64,000 bases of DNA from the human T2T-CHM13v2.0 reference genome, Homo sapiens, in assembly GCF_009914755.1 (NCBI RefSeq), contig NC_060937.1; one strand, written 5' to 3'. The notes under the pieces are model-generated. The model did no database searches. It was given only the letters and a program-made list of their open reading frames with translations, and was not told the DNA's origin. Positions within the stretch are counted from its first letter, which is position 1, and each line of letters starts with the position of its first letter. The position numbers were made by a program, and so were the translations under genes. This document shows, piece after piece, positions 1 to 14,884 of this stretch.

Positions 1-520
1 GTTTTGGGATGGGGTAATATTGTAGGCTGGGAGAGCTTTGTGGTGCATAATAGGAAAAACCCAGATTGCTTTGAAGAGACTGTTGCTAGAAATATGAGTG
101 TTAAAGAGATATCTGCTGAGGTCTCAGACAGGAACGAGGAACATGTATGGGAAACTGGTGGAAAAAGATAATCTTGTTATAAAGTGGTGAGAACTTGGCT
201 ATTTTATGAAAAGTAGAACTTGTAAATTGATGAGCTAGTTTCTCTTTGCTGCTCATAGTAAAATGAGAGAGGAAAGAAATAAAATCTGGTTTTCTTTTTT
301 AAGCAAAAAAGAACCAGAACTTGATAAATACTTAGACTATCCATATTGCAAATAATAATAATAATAATAAAAATAATAATGAAATAAAAAAAAGAGAGAG
401 AAAATGTGCTCTGGAAATCTGTGTTTCCACAGCCAGGAAATGGGCTGATTGAGCCACCCCCTATGAACATGTATCCTTCAAGAGAGATAAGAACGATCCT
501 CAAAGTGGATCAGGATCTGG
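1..520 (+). mobile_element. ERVL-MaLR internal sequence fragment (MLT1/MST-int like), running off the window's left edge
   Basis: Motifs 'gaagagactgttgctagaaatatg', 'gaggtctcagacaggaacgaggaacatg' and 'ttgttataaagtggtgagaacttggct' resemble the recalled MaLR-int consensus; contains an (AAT)n run at about 351-380. Confidence 0.75.
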
Positions 521-2465
521 CTCCGGCTGGGTTCCCATGGGCAGAGGTACCTCTTTGGTTTCTGAGAGCAGGGCCACCAACGAGGGACTACAGAACTTAA
601 AAACAAATCAGTAAATCGCAATAATCTATAAAGTCTAGAGGTTTTATGATAGTCCTTTTTCAGAAATAACGTTATGCAAGTACTGTTTATTCAGCATACT
701 GGGTGCTTTTTATAGGTTAAAAGGAGAACATTTTTGTCTCTTTATCATCTTTTATCATCCAGACGCTTCCTCTATTAGCAGACAGAAAATGCCTTTTTTT
801 TCTAAAAGCTCATCACTATAATTGTATTAGATAAGACTTGGAGAAAAAGAGTTAACAAAAAGTTAACCTTGAGGTGACTCAAATTTAAAATACAGAAAAG
901 AAAATGGTGGGCGATTGTATTAAGAAATATAGTATAGCGATAGAAGCGTTTTCCATCAACAATATTTTCCAAGGTTGGGATGATAAAATAAAACTTTTGA
1001 GCATCCAATGAAACGAGCTTATTCAGAAACAGAGTAGTTTTGCTGAAACATGAGAGAAATGTCTCCCTTAGTAAGCCCCGTGTTTGTCATACTGCTGTGC
1101 ATCTGAGGTATGTAGAAGGAATATGCACTATAAATCAAACTGTCAAGGAACTTTCAAACCCAGTGCTAAATATGATTCATTTCAGCAAGACATTTAAAGC
1201 TAATACAGTATAAAGTTGAAAAAAAAGGTCTAAAATACACGGCACGGTACACTAATTTAAAAAAACACATGAAAATTAATGTTTAAAGTATCTGGCATAA
1301 TTAAATGTCATGTTATATATTTTATTATTATGTTGATACAAAAGAAAAAAATTCCAAAGTAATGGTGTGGTTTTCTTGATGAGTTAAAATATCATCCTTG
1401 ACATTTTCTCTTAAATATGAAATATTATAGTAATAACCAAATGCTTGTTCAAATTAAACATACAGATAAGACTATACTGAAAATATGTAATTTATTGTCC
1501 AATGCAGTGTTAGGTGAAGGACTAGCCTTTGGGTAGAGGGTCCATGAGTGGCAGTAAAAAATCCTTCAAAGACACAAATTCTATAATAGATTTTGCAATA
1601 TACTGAGGAATTTTTCATGACTCAGGAATAAATTTCCATGAAACATCAGAGATTTCTCTAGCTAATAGGGTGTGTCTGAATGGTTTGGTAACTTTCTTGG
1701 TGTGTCAATTTTAAGGATTGTGGACCAATGTAATTTATACCTAGAGTGAAGATTCTCATCTTTTCCTTTGAAGGACTTCAGTGAAATTTAACGATATCAT
1801 CGTTCTCACTCTACAAATGTAGCTTTAAAATACTCAATTTATTTATGTATATTATCCACACACTGTCACAGAAAGTTAACTCTTCAATGTTGTCAGACAT
1901 TGCCATTTATGTCAAATATTTTGCAGGCAAAGATTTTGTAAAATGCTAATACAATGAAGTGTTAATTTAGCAAAGGCCTTTAATGTTTTTATTCACTCTG
2001 CCTCTATTGTGAGGATTCTAATTACATGTGTCTTATCTCCTAGGTTTAACTGTGATAAATTCCTGCTTCAAAATTAATCTTTTGTCTTGGTTTCATTCTT
2101 ATTTTCTGTTTAAATTGTACTTTTACTTTCCAGTTAGAGGAACATCATTCTAATTAAGGCACCAACCTAAATAAAACAGATATTCTTTGTTCACTAAATG
2201 CAAGAAATACACATGTATAAAAAATAATCAAACGGAAATGATTGTCTTATATATTTGGATAATTGCTTACATAAATAGGTCGTGAAAACCCACTGGTGCA
2301 AAACAGTAATATTGTATGTCTGCATATTTGCTTATAGGATATTGACATAATTAACTTGAATCATTGAAAATAAAATACCAAAAATATATAACCTAAATAA
2401 AGATTACAAACTAATGGTGATGATCAAGAGTTTTCAGTAAATGTCTAGATCATGTATTTCGTGTG

Positions 2466-2625
2466 TAAAAATATTTATCAGTATAATACTTATAAAAATA
2501 TTTTTAATATTTTTATATAAATATAAATATTATATATATAAAATATAAAAATATATTTTATAAAACTATTTTATATATTTTATAAAAATATTTTTATAAA
2601 AATATTTTTTATAAAAAATATTTAT
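2466..2625. repeat. AT-rich low-complexity repeat with self-complementary TAAAAATATTTTTA units
   Basis: Almost pure A/T; repeated 'tataaaaatattttt' units are visible directly. Confidence 0.85.
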
Positions 2626-3170
2626 GTAGTCTTCAATTTCAGCAATGTTTTAGGCATAATTATCATTGCCATTTTAAAGCTTTACCTAATTATAACTTTT
2701 GGGTATTGTAATTGAAGCAACTAACTTTACTCCTTGCTAGTTAAAATTTAAAGTATCATTTATATCTATTCAAAATTATTCTGATTTTGACGATCTTTTA
2801 AATATAATAGAAATATGTGATAGTTCTAAAATTCTCAAGTTTTTTAAAGTCAAGTAAAGACTTAAAATGTTCAATGTCTGAATGTTTCAGAACCAAGTTA
2901 ATTATTCAATTGATCTACTCTATCTTTCCATATGTAGCTTTCCATTTGAAATATTGATAATATGTTTCAAACAGTTGTGGGATATTTTACTAGATTTGAA
3001 AGACTTCAGGGTAATCATATTTGAACTCAGCTGTTTGACCACTTTCTAACAAACAAATTTTTTTCATCATCATATTACGCCTTTTAGTGATTAATAGAAT
3101 TTTAGTTAAAATAAATTATTAACTATGTTAGTAGTCACTTGCTACATTCAAGAGAGAATTTATTTATGCC

Positions 3171-3385
3171 AGAGTTGGGTAATCTTTTTCACAAAGATTC
3201 AAATAGTAAATAGTTTAAGCTTTTTGGGGTTATACAACAACTACTCACTTCTGCCACTGTAGTGTGAAATCGGCTGCAGACAATACAAAAATGAATGAGT
3301 GTGGCTAGGTCTCAATAAAACTTTATAAAAACAGGCACCAGCCCAAATTGGGCCTGTGGGTCTTAGCTTTCTGGCACATAGTTTG
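3171..3385 (-). mobile_element. MER58A (hAT-Charlie non-autonomous DNA transposon)
   Basis: 'aatagtaaatagtttaagctt...caactactcacttctgccactgtagtgtgaaa...gagtgtggct...caataaaacttta' matches the reverse complement of recalled MER58A. Confidence 0.85.
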
Positions 3386-3799
3386 TACCATTTTACATGT
3401 AAAATATATATTCTCAGTTTTCTACTATCCATCTCCTGCTTGTTATTATTACTTTTATTCAATAGGTCTAAAACAGAGTTTCTATTTGTGTCCCATTTAT
3501 CTACTTTACCCACTATTCTCAGAGTCCTCCAGGTGCAAAATCTGTAATTATCTGTAGTTGGTTCTCCCTTTGTCCTTTCTTGTTCAATTAATTTCGTATT
3601 TTTGTAGGTTATATTTTCATAATATCTCAAGCTTTATCCTTATGTTCTGTTGTCCATGAGGTGATCTTAAATAAGCCTTTAATACTCTTGCTTTGAGCAT
3701 AAAAATCACTCTAAATCAATTTGTCTCTAGATTTTTCCTTTAAGTGTATTCATCCATTCTACAAAACATCTTCTAAAACCAACTCCAGATCACAACTCC

Positions 3800-4030
3800 T
3801 CGCCTCTCTTGAACCAATTTCAGTCCAGCTTCTGCCTGATTATTTCTACCAATGCTCATAGAATTCAGTTCTCCATTCTCATCAAACTTGACCATTTGGT
3901 GAGATTTGAGAGGGTTCATTTACTCCTACTTGAAACACTTACCTCTTTTGGCTTTCAGTACACTGCACATCCTTGGTTTTATCTTCTATGCCACTGGCTG
4001 CCGTTTTTGTCTTCTGTGCTCCTCACCTTT
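3800..4030 (+). mobile_element. L2 LINE fragment
   Basis: 'cttgaaacacttacctcttttggctttcagtacactgcacatccttggtttt...cactggctgc' is typical of the L2 ORF 3' region. Confidence 0.7.
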
Positions 4031-4689
4031 AGAACTGAGGCTTTCCCTATTGAATAAAAATCAGAACGGATTTTTCTTTCATGCTGTCAGAGGCTTAACT
4101 ACCATCTTTCCCTTTATGTATGGAATGGCCCATTTTAATATTTTCAGAGGTATTGGTTTTCACAACAAAAGTTAACTTCTAATGCCTTTGGAAAAAAAGA
4201 GGGAATTTTCAAAAAAGTGAATTATTTTAGGGATTTATTTACTTAATCAGAAATTTCAGCAGTATAAAATAAGTAGAGAAGTTTCTTTTGCAATGGTAGG
4301 AGCAAAAACATTTCATTCAAAATGGTTATTAAGTGTAAGAAATATGATGGATATTTAAAAATGCAGCATGATCTTTTCTGAAGTCAATAACTTCTACAAA
4401 AGGCAGCTTTCAATTCTAAGGCTTTGTAACATAAACGAAAAATAATGTAGATTAATATATATTACCATAAACACATAAATAGCTTTGTTTTCGCAAAAAA
4501 ATTAGCAAGCTCATGGTATCTCTGAAGTTGAGCCTTTTAATCTTTAGAAATTAAATAAGGACATTTATTTTTAAGTATAATGCTATTCTCTATTTTGAAG
4601 TTTTTAGAATGTGAATCATATAGTCATTTGTTTAAATATAAGATGCATTATTTAAATTCAGTAAACAACTTTGGCAAACATTGTACAAT

Positions 4690-5030
4690 TTTTTTCTTTT
4701 CTTTTATTATTTTTTATGCTTTTAATTGTTTTTCTGAGACAGAGTTTTGCTTTGTCACCCAGGCTGGAGTGCAACCGCTTGATCATGGCTCCGTGGCTCA
4801 ATGCAGCCTCAAACCCCTGGACTCAAGTGATTCTCCTGCCTCAGTCTCTCAAGTATCTGGGACTGCAGGCACGCACCACTACACCTGATTTTTTTTTTTT
4901 TATTTCCTAGAGATGGGGTCTTGCTATGTTGCCCAGGCTGCTCTTGAACTCCTGCGATGGCCTCAAGTTATCCTCCTGCCTCAGCCTTCCAAAATCCTGG
5001 GGTTATAGGCATGAGATATCACACCTGACC
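4690..5030 (-). mobile_element. AluJ
   Basis: Dimeric Alu in reverse orientation with J-type diagnostics ('gatcatggctc', 'ggggtcttgctatgttgcccaggct'); degenerate TSD tgtacaattttt / tgtgcaatattt. Confidence 0.92.
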
Positions 5031-5140
5031 TGTGCAATATTTTTCAAAGAAAACATGATAAGTGTGATTGTATCGATATCTAGAAAATAATAATATTTGA
5101 AAAATTATAAGACATGTCTGTAGTCCAATAAATTTAATGA

Positions 5141-5680
5141 TGTGGTAAATAATTTCCAGAGAAGACTGTCAAAAACACTTCCCATATATATTGGATCTAT
5201 TCACCTGCCCTTATATGGCCACATGATTTTCTTGGAAACCAGTAAGATACGGCAGAAGTGAAAAATAACTCAGATGTGGTTTGACCTTAAATGGCTTGGC
5301 AACACCCCTTGCTCTTTTGGAACCCTCAGGAAACATACAAAAAGGTTTCCTTCACTGTCTTGGCACTATGAGCCACCACAGAAAGATATCTAGGATACCC
5401 TACTGGAGAGAACACAAGAAGAGAGCGTCTCGTCCACATCTAACATTGAGGTGCCAAACATTTGAGGGAGGAGTGCTCAGAATTTTTTGTCCCTAGTTGA
5501 ACCTCCAAGGATCTTAAACAACCTAGTTGAACTTATGAGAGACCTTAAACAACCAACCAGCGGAACCAGTTATCTGAACCCAGCTAGACTGAAGAATAAT
5601 AAGTAAATAACTGTTTATTATTATTTTAGGCCACCAAGTTTTTGGCAGTTTGTTATTTAACAGTAGAGACAACATGATGA
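5141..5680 (+). mobile_element. MLT1 (G/H-like) MaLR solo LTR
   Basis: Starts 'tgtggt'; 3' end 'ttttaggccaccaagtttttggcagtttgttat...acagtaga' is typical of MLT1. Confidence 0.7.
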
Positions 5681-5839
5681 AATTGGTAGCAGATGCAAAT
5701 GGGTGTCTTTACTGGAGACTTCTCTTTTATCTATCAGGTTACATTTTGACTCCTTAGAATGGTATAAGTTTGCAGCAAATTTTCTGGTCAATGTGGGAAA
5801 ATATTCAATATTTTTCCAATATTTCTGATGTCTTAAAAT

Positions 5840-6150
5840 GATGCCATTCCAATAGAAATATAATATGAAACATAGATATAATTAAAAAATTTCTAATAGC
5901 CATATTTTTTAAAAGTATAAATAGATAAAATCCATTACAGTAATATAGTTTACTTAACCAAATATATTAACATGTTATTATTTCAACAAATAATAGATCT
6001 GAACTTACTAATGACATAGTTTGCATTTTTCTACTTAATCTTTCATATCACATGTGTATTTTACACTTACAATATGTTCATTTTTGACTATCCATGTTTT
6101 AAGTGCTCACATTTCAAATATGGCTAGTGAATACCATATTGGAAAACAGA
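5840..6150. mobile_element. MER33 (hAT-Charlie)
   Basis: 'tccaatagaaatataat...tgtgtattttacacttaca...ggctagtgaataccatattgga' matches recalled MER33 termini and interior. Confidence 0.85.
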
Positions 6151-6198
6151 GCTCTAAAATATGTCTTTTTATCTGTCAATTAAAAAAAAAAATCTGTT

Positions 6199-6538
<340 letters not shown>

Positions 6539-7689
6539 TTATACTTGTCCTATTTATTCACAATATATTTGTAATAGAGTGATCATATAAATATTATATT
6601 TTTTTCTCTTCTTATAGTTCACTATTAAAAAAGTTTCAGTTACCTGAATGTCCTAGGTTTTACACTTTGGTTCTCATATCATTGAATGACTAATTATTAT
6701 TCCATATCATATAATATGAATATACATGTAAATAGATATTTTTTCTCCTATACTATTCGATAATAAGACATTAGAGGGGAGGTAAGTAGTACAATGTTGT
6801 AATGCCTATTATCTTTCCTGGCATATATTATGTAATTAAGTTTTAATTTATAGATGATTAAATACATTTCTATTTACCATTCATTCACTCTCAATATCAT
6901 TACTCATTTCTATGAATTATTTCAGCAGTTATATCATGATTATAGTATTCTTGGGAATTTACATCTATTTTAGCAGATAAGGATATAATGCTTTTTATTT
7001 CACTACATTTGATTTCTCTTCATAAATTCTAATGTGTTAGAATTTGTAAAAAAGCAAAGTATACATTTAATCTTGCTTTAGCAGGTTTATCCATGTATAT
7101 GCATGGTTTGATACCTCATTTCTTTTTCATAATGAATGGTATTTCACTGTATGGATGTACCAACATTTGTTTGTACGCTTATAAAGTTGGTTTTAGAGCT
7201 ATTCAGTGTTTTTCTTGTTCTTGAGCTGTTGTGGTATTCTCCACTCAGTTGAAGAACTGGAGGAGTTAGGTGCTCAATCAGGATGGTCTTGTTAACTCTA
7301 CATCCTGGATTAATAGGTAATGTAATAGCACTAAGGAAATATTGTGTCTTTAGACGGAAAATGCTTTTGGTAAATACAAACAATTTTTGTGGAATAGCTA
7401 AATGGAGCAATATTAGACTAGCAAATGAAAATAGTGGTAAGAGCTTAACCCTCATTATCTCACACAGAAGTATAAAATTTTAGCTCCATTTATCCACAAT
7501 TCTACACCAAATTCCAACCAATATAGTTCATAAACTTTCTGATACCCATTTAATTTCCATCTTTCTAAAAAGAGATCTCAGGCCCTTTCAAGTTCGTATT
7601 GTATTTTAGCTTAGAATCTTTATTTCTCATAAACATACACAAAGGTCTAACTTCAATTTTATATCCATTCTCTCTCCCACCAGTTCAGT

Positions 7690-8047
7690 TTTTATTTTAT
7701 TTTATTTTATTTTATTTTATTTTATTTTATTTTATTTTATTTATTTTGTTTATTTATTTTGAAATGGAGTCTCGCTCTGTAGCCCAGGCTGGAGTGCAGT
7801 GGTTTGATCTCGGCTTACTGTAACTAACCTCTGTCTCCCGGGTTCAAGCAATTCTCCAGCCTCAGCCTCCCGAGTAGCTGGGATGACAGGCGCCCACCAA
7901 CACACCCGGCTAATTTTTGTATTTTTAGCACAGATGGGGTTTCGCCATGTTGGTCAGGCTGGTCTCGAATTCCTGACCTCAGGTAATCTGCCCACCTCGG
8001 CCTTTCAAAGTGCTGGGATTACAGGCATGAGCCACCGCGCCCAGGCC
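7690..8047 (-). mobile_element. AluS (AluSx-like) with (TTTTA)n tail
   Basis: Full-length reverse Alu; 'ctgacctcaggtaatctgccc' is S-type. Confidence 0.95.
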
Positions 8048-8057
8048 CACAGTTCTG

Positions 8058-8656
<599 letters not shown>

Positions 8657-9108
8657 CAGTTCTGTTTTTTAAAGTGTCACTATTATTATTTAATAGGATC
8701 ATAATTTGGAGGAAGAGTTGTAGTCTTCAGGAGACATTCTTGAAGATCTTAATTGGGCCATCAAGAAGCATTAACATTGTGTAGGCAAATATGATTGGGA
8801 GGTTGTCAATAGCATTTCAAATTAGGGTAGACATACACATAATACTAGTTATTATAACCTGGGTGACAGTAAAGAAACTGAATTTTATGGATAGGATAGG
8901 AAAGAAACTGGGGGAAATAAGTGTGAGAAGAATTTGTGAATTAAATGATATTGGTAACAATTGCAGTAGTTAAGAGTGAGCTCTTAGAAGTTGTTGCTGA
9001 ATCTGAAAGTAAGAAAACTATCCATCAAATCTCCATACATTAAATCAAGGCTAAGTAATTGGGCAAAAGAACAAACAATTCTGCCTCTGCTTATTTTGAA
9101 AAGGATAA

Positions 9109-9641
<533 letters not shown>

Positions 9642-9957
9642 AGGAAAATTTTCTAATCAGGGAGGAGGAACAGAAATTTCTGAGAATAGAGCCAATGAAT
9701 ATTTTATGGCTGATTTTTTTGTATTGCTGTGTGTTGGTTTCATTCTATTTCCACATCCCATTTTTATTCTGAGTTGGTGGCAGACAGCTGTGTCTAACTT
9801 TAGGGCATGAGCATTATGTTGAAAGATCATGTGTAATTCACTGTTGTATTAAGTATGTAAACTATTTGTAACTCATAATAATAACGATGCTAATAATTAT
9901 TATTTTCATGTCAATGTTCTAGCATGTAATTTATACATAATAGTCTTTCTCTTTTAG

Positions 9958-10473
<516 letters not shown>

Positions 10474-10621
10474 TGAATTGTTAATCATTTGAATATGCCA
10501 GCAACTAAGAACAATCAAATCAAGTGTGAGTTTGTAGACTGATAGATATATGAGGACTCACAGCTGAATGCTAACCATTGTAATTTGAGAAACTTTTCAG
10601 AAATTTGGAAGTTATGTTGCA

Positions 10622-11196
10622 TGTATTAGTAAAGGTTCCCCAGCAAAACAGAAACAATAGGATATATATATATATATTCTTATTTGATGTAAAACATTAG
10701 CTCACATGATTATGGAGACTGACAAGTCGTAAGGTCTGTAGGTTGAGTTGGCAAACTGAAGACCCGGAGAGCCTGTGGTATAGTTTCATTTCAATCCCAA
10801 AGGCCTTAAAACTTATGGAACTGATAGTGTAATTCCCATACAGGGGCTGGCAGGCTTGAGATCCAGAAAGAGCTAGTGTTTCTGTTTGAGTCCAAAGGCA
10901 AGATAAAAGCCCATGTCTTAGTTCAAAGGAATTGGGCAGGAGAAGGCTCTCTTACTTGGGGTGGAGTAGGGTGGGGGTGGGAAGGGGGTGTGTGGGTCAG
11001 CTGTTTTGTTCTCTTTAGGCCTTCCATTGAGTGGATGATGCTTACGTGCATTAGGGATGGCAATCTGCTTTATTCTATCACTTGAGTGTTAATTTCATCT
11101 ACCAACACCCTCACGCAAACATCCAGAATAATGTTTCACTAAATATGTGATGACTTCATGGCTTAGTAAAGTTGACAAATAAAATTATCCATCATA
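10622..11196 (-). mobile_element. MLT2B-type ERVL solo LTR
   Basis: Termini 'tgtattagt...ttccccagcaaaacagaaacaatagga' and 'aagttgacaaataaaattatccatcata' match reverse MLT2. Confidence 0.85.
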
Positions 11197-11452
11197 CTGT
11201 GTTCGGAATTAATACTAGAAATGGTTACTGCACTAATAATTAATTAAGAAAGAAAATTTTGATGCATGACACATAACGAGCTGCAAACCTAGATACGGTG
11301 ATAGATAAATTAATCATCTTACAATTCCACTAAGTGCTAGAATAAGAATTTTTAGACTTTTCCATTTGTATGGTATTCGGTATACCTTTGGCCATCTATT
11401 ACAGAAAATCAGGTTGAACTTTATATACTGCATATGGGCACTCTTATGTACA

Positions 11453-12075
11453 TGTTATGTTGGTAGACAGTGACTATCAGACATGACCCCCACAGGATGC
11501 TACCAATGAAGTCACTAGCATGGGAGGGTACTGGAGGCCCATGCTACCCTTAGACCTGGGCAGCAGGTCCTGAATATCACATAAACACCCAATCTTAAAA
11601 CACACATTTTTAGTTTCCTAAGAAATTTTTTTGAAAGGTAACAACTGAGCAAAATGAAGTTACCACTGAGGAAAACCTGAGCCAAGGTAGCTAGAAGATA
11701 AGGTGCAGAGCAAGGTGAGGACTAACAGCTTCTGTCTAGGTTTTGTCTCTGGTTGCCTCTCCAAATTCTCCCAGACAGATCACTTTTCCCAGATCACTGT
11801 AGTTTCTTCCTTTTTCTGCTTACATGAAATAGTTTTGAAAGCATGTATAATTGCCTGGAAATTCTGAATTGGAAAAAGGCAATATGAGGGAGAAGCACTT
11901 GACTGATCTAATGCCATGGGTAGCTTGAACTGTCAGTTCTCATCTAAGTTTTAGGCAGGTCCAGTCACTGCCTGAGCTGGGATCTGCATTCACTCTTTTC
12001 CGTGCTCTATCGAGGGGATCCACAGAAACACTTGGTAGTATGGCTGACACAGGGGAGGCATCAATATCATTATAC
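11453..12075. mobile_element. Possible old ERV LTR (family unresolved)
   Basis: GC-elevated ~620 bp block starting 'tgttatgttgg' with LTR-like composition; no confident consensus match. Confidence 0.3.
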
Positions 12076-12798
12076 GCCCATTACCAATGAAATTTCTGGC
12101 CCTTCATGGAAACAGAAGCTGGAACAAGGGCTTAATTTGTAACTTTTAAATATTTAGACTTATGATGTGTAGGTTTACATTTGCACTGTTGGCCTGTGCT
12201 TTGATGCTCAAGGCAGTATGAGACAGTGTGGCTTATGCAGAGTCAGAAAAATCATTGAGGAGACAAGTTTTTTGCACCGTATTATTGAAGCGGGTATGGG
12301 AATTGCAGAAATAATTGTAAAGTCAGAGGGCAGAAGAGCTTAAAAGGGAAATATGCAAGAGGATAAGAAGTGAGTTAGAGGGATTTGAGGGCTGATCAAA
12401 GAATGAAATGAAGGTGCCAGCGCAAGGAATGTGATTATGTAAAGACCATTGATTGGCCAGGTGGCCCTGAGTCCCTGAATGCAGCTTCCCTTTGAAACCG
12501 CAAGACTGCCATGCATTGGCTATACACCAAGTCTAATGTGAGAAGGGTAACTTTCTTCCATGAGGCCTGCTAGATAAAGCCTTTGCATATAGCCAGGACA
12601 GAAAAATAACAGACAGTTTATTAACCTGGAGTTAGACTCAATATACAGGCAGGCTGGATTTTTTTTTTCAGGATTTTTTTTTTTCAGGCAGTGATATGTG
12701 ATTTTTATAAGCGGGTATTGGTTAGCAAAAGCAATGTAAAGTCAATCCAAATAAAAGCAGTGATCTTAGAGGTCCATGGACTTGGCCCATGAAAACTA

Positions 12799-13527
12799 CT
12801 GACATACCTCAGCAATATTGCTGATTCAGTTCAAACCACAACAATAAAGTGAGTATCATGGTGAAAGTAGTCACACTTTTTTTTCTGGTTTCTTAGTGCA
12901 TATAAGTGTTATGTTTATACCATACTGTAGTCCATGAACTGTGCAATCGCATTATGTCTAAGAAAACAATTTGCATACCTACATTAAAAGTACTTTACTG
13001 CTAAAACTGCTAACAGTCATCTGAGTGAGTTGTAAACTTTTTGCTGATAGAGGGTCTTGCTTCAACGATAACTGCTGACTGATCAGGTTAGTGCTAAAGG
13101 TTAGGGTGGCTGTGACAATTTCTTAAAATAAGACAACAGTGAAGTTTGATGCATTAATTTAGTCTTTCTTTTATGAAAGATTTATCTGTAGCATGCAAGG
13201 CTGTTTGATACTATTTTACTCACAGTAAAACTTCCTTCAAAATGGACTTCCTTCTCAAACCCTGCTGCTGCTTTATTAACTAAATTTATGTAATATTCTA
13301 AACCCTCTGTTTTTATTTCAACAATGTTTGCAGCATCTTTGTCAGGAGTAGATTCCATTTCAAGACACCAATTTTTTGTTCATTCATAAGAAGTGACTCC
13401 TCATTCATTCAAGTCTTGTCATTAGCTTGCTGCAGTTCAGCAACATCTTCAGGCTCTACCCCTAGCTATCTTGCTATTTCTCTCACATCTGCAGTTACTA
13501 GCTCCACTGAAGTATTGAACCACTCAG
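12799..13527 (-). mobile_element. Tigger1 3' part (TcMar-Tigger)
   Basis: TA followed by a 'ctgacatacctcagcaatattgc' terminus, then 'cagttcaaaccacaacaataaagtgagtat' and 'ctgctgactgatcagg', matching reverse Tigger1. Confidence 0.9.
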
Positions 13528-13700
13528 GTATACTTGACAAAATTTATAAATATGTGTTATATAACCTGATGTTTTGATATATATATACACTTTGAAATGA
13601 TTACCACAATCAAGCTAATTAACCTATCCATCACTCACAGTGTCTTTTTAAAATTAATACACGGTAATTATACATAATTATCAGTTACACGTATTACTTT
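13528..13700 (-). mobile_element. L1M (L1MA/MB) 3' end fragment(s)
   Basis: 'gaaatgattaccacaatcaagctaattaacctatccatcactcaca' is a typical reverse L1MA/MB 3'UTR. Confidence 0.7.
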
Positions 13701-14834
13701 GACCAGAGCATTCTGTTACAATGTGTGTGGCCCTAACTACATTTTCAATCTCAATTTTTATATTCCCTTTCGTTACTGTTTATGTTCTAACTCTAAGTCC
13801 AAGAAGATTTTATGGTTGTTTCATTACAAAACAATTACAAAGTGTTTTTTACACTTTTAGATGTTCTGCTCCTGAGAAAAAAAAAGATAGTAGTAGATGT
13901 TTAAATCATAATGCATTATACTCAATTGGTTTTTGCAGCTGAAAAACAGTCAAGAACACATTGGACATCAAATCTGTAAACTTGCAATCTAATTAATTAC
14001 ATGTAACTTCACTGAGCTTCTGATTCTATTAATAAAATAAGTTCAATAGCATGTTTAAGGTCATCTGGTTTAAAATAACAGATGTGAGATTCAAAACCGG
14101 ATTGGATCACCCAGACACAACTATGAAAATGTGTTCCAGGTAAACTTTAGTGAGCTCTACAAAATTTATTTTTCCTACCTTGGAGAAACTGATCACATAT
14201 AGGACTGTCTTTGAAGAATGTCTTATGTGTTCATCAGTTTATTTCTTGTTTTCATTATGTTAACAATTTTGAGGAGCGACCAAGCAAAGCTAAAATTGAG
14301 ATTTGCAATTCTAAAGCTCCATGACACTGATGAGATACTGTCTTTGACCTACTATCCTAATTAACAGTAATTAGGATAGTAAGAGATTTGTCATAAAATG
14401 TAAAGAAGAAATGAATTGCTTAATATTTTCCTAGCCCACTGGTTGGCTTATGTTGTCTATTATATGTATATTAAGTTTTGACTTTGCATAAAATTTTAAG
14501 AAACTCTCAAAGACATGTATTTTACTCTTCCAGTTCTAAAACAAGAACATATAATCTGTCGATTCTTTTTTTTTCACAAATAAAATGTACACTAAGTATT
14601 ATGTTATGGGTAGACAGTTTTGGGTTTGTGTAGAGGGAATGTGGAGTGAGAACAAGTTAACTGAGAAAGTGGAGAGCCATTTTCCCTATTCTTTTTTTTT
14701 TCTCTTATTTTGGTTTATAAGAATTGAGTTTATTGTGAATATTTCATGACGCTTGTTTCTGTGTTTTCATACAGTATATGTATATCTCTAAGATGTAAAC
14801 TGAATTGGATTTCCACTGTCCCTACTAAACATAC

Positions 14835-14849
14835 CACACACACACACAG

Positions 14850-14881
<32 letters not shown>

Positions 14882-14884
14882 ACA
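14835..14884. repeat. (CA)n microsatellite, interrupted
   Basis: Direct observation. Confidence 0.95.

Noticed and set aside
900-1113. Possible lncRNA exon ending at the donor-like GAG|gtatgt (1107/1108)
   Set aside because: Donor-like hexamers occur often by chance; no clear acceptor, ORF or transcript evidence is available
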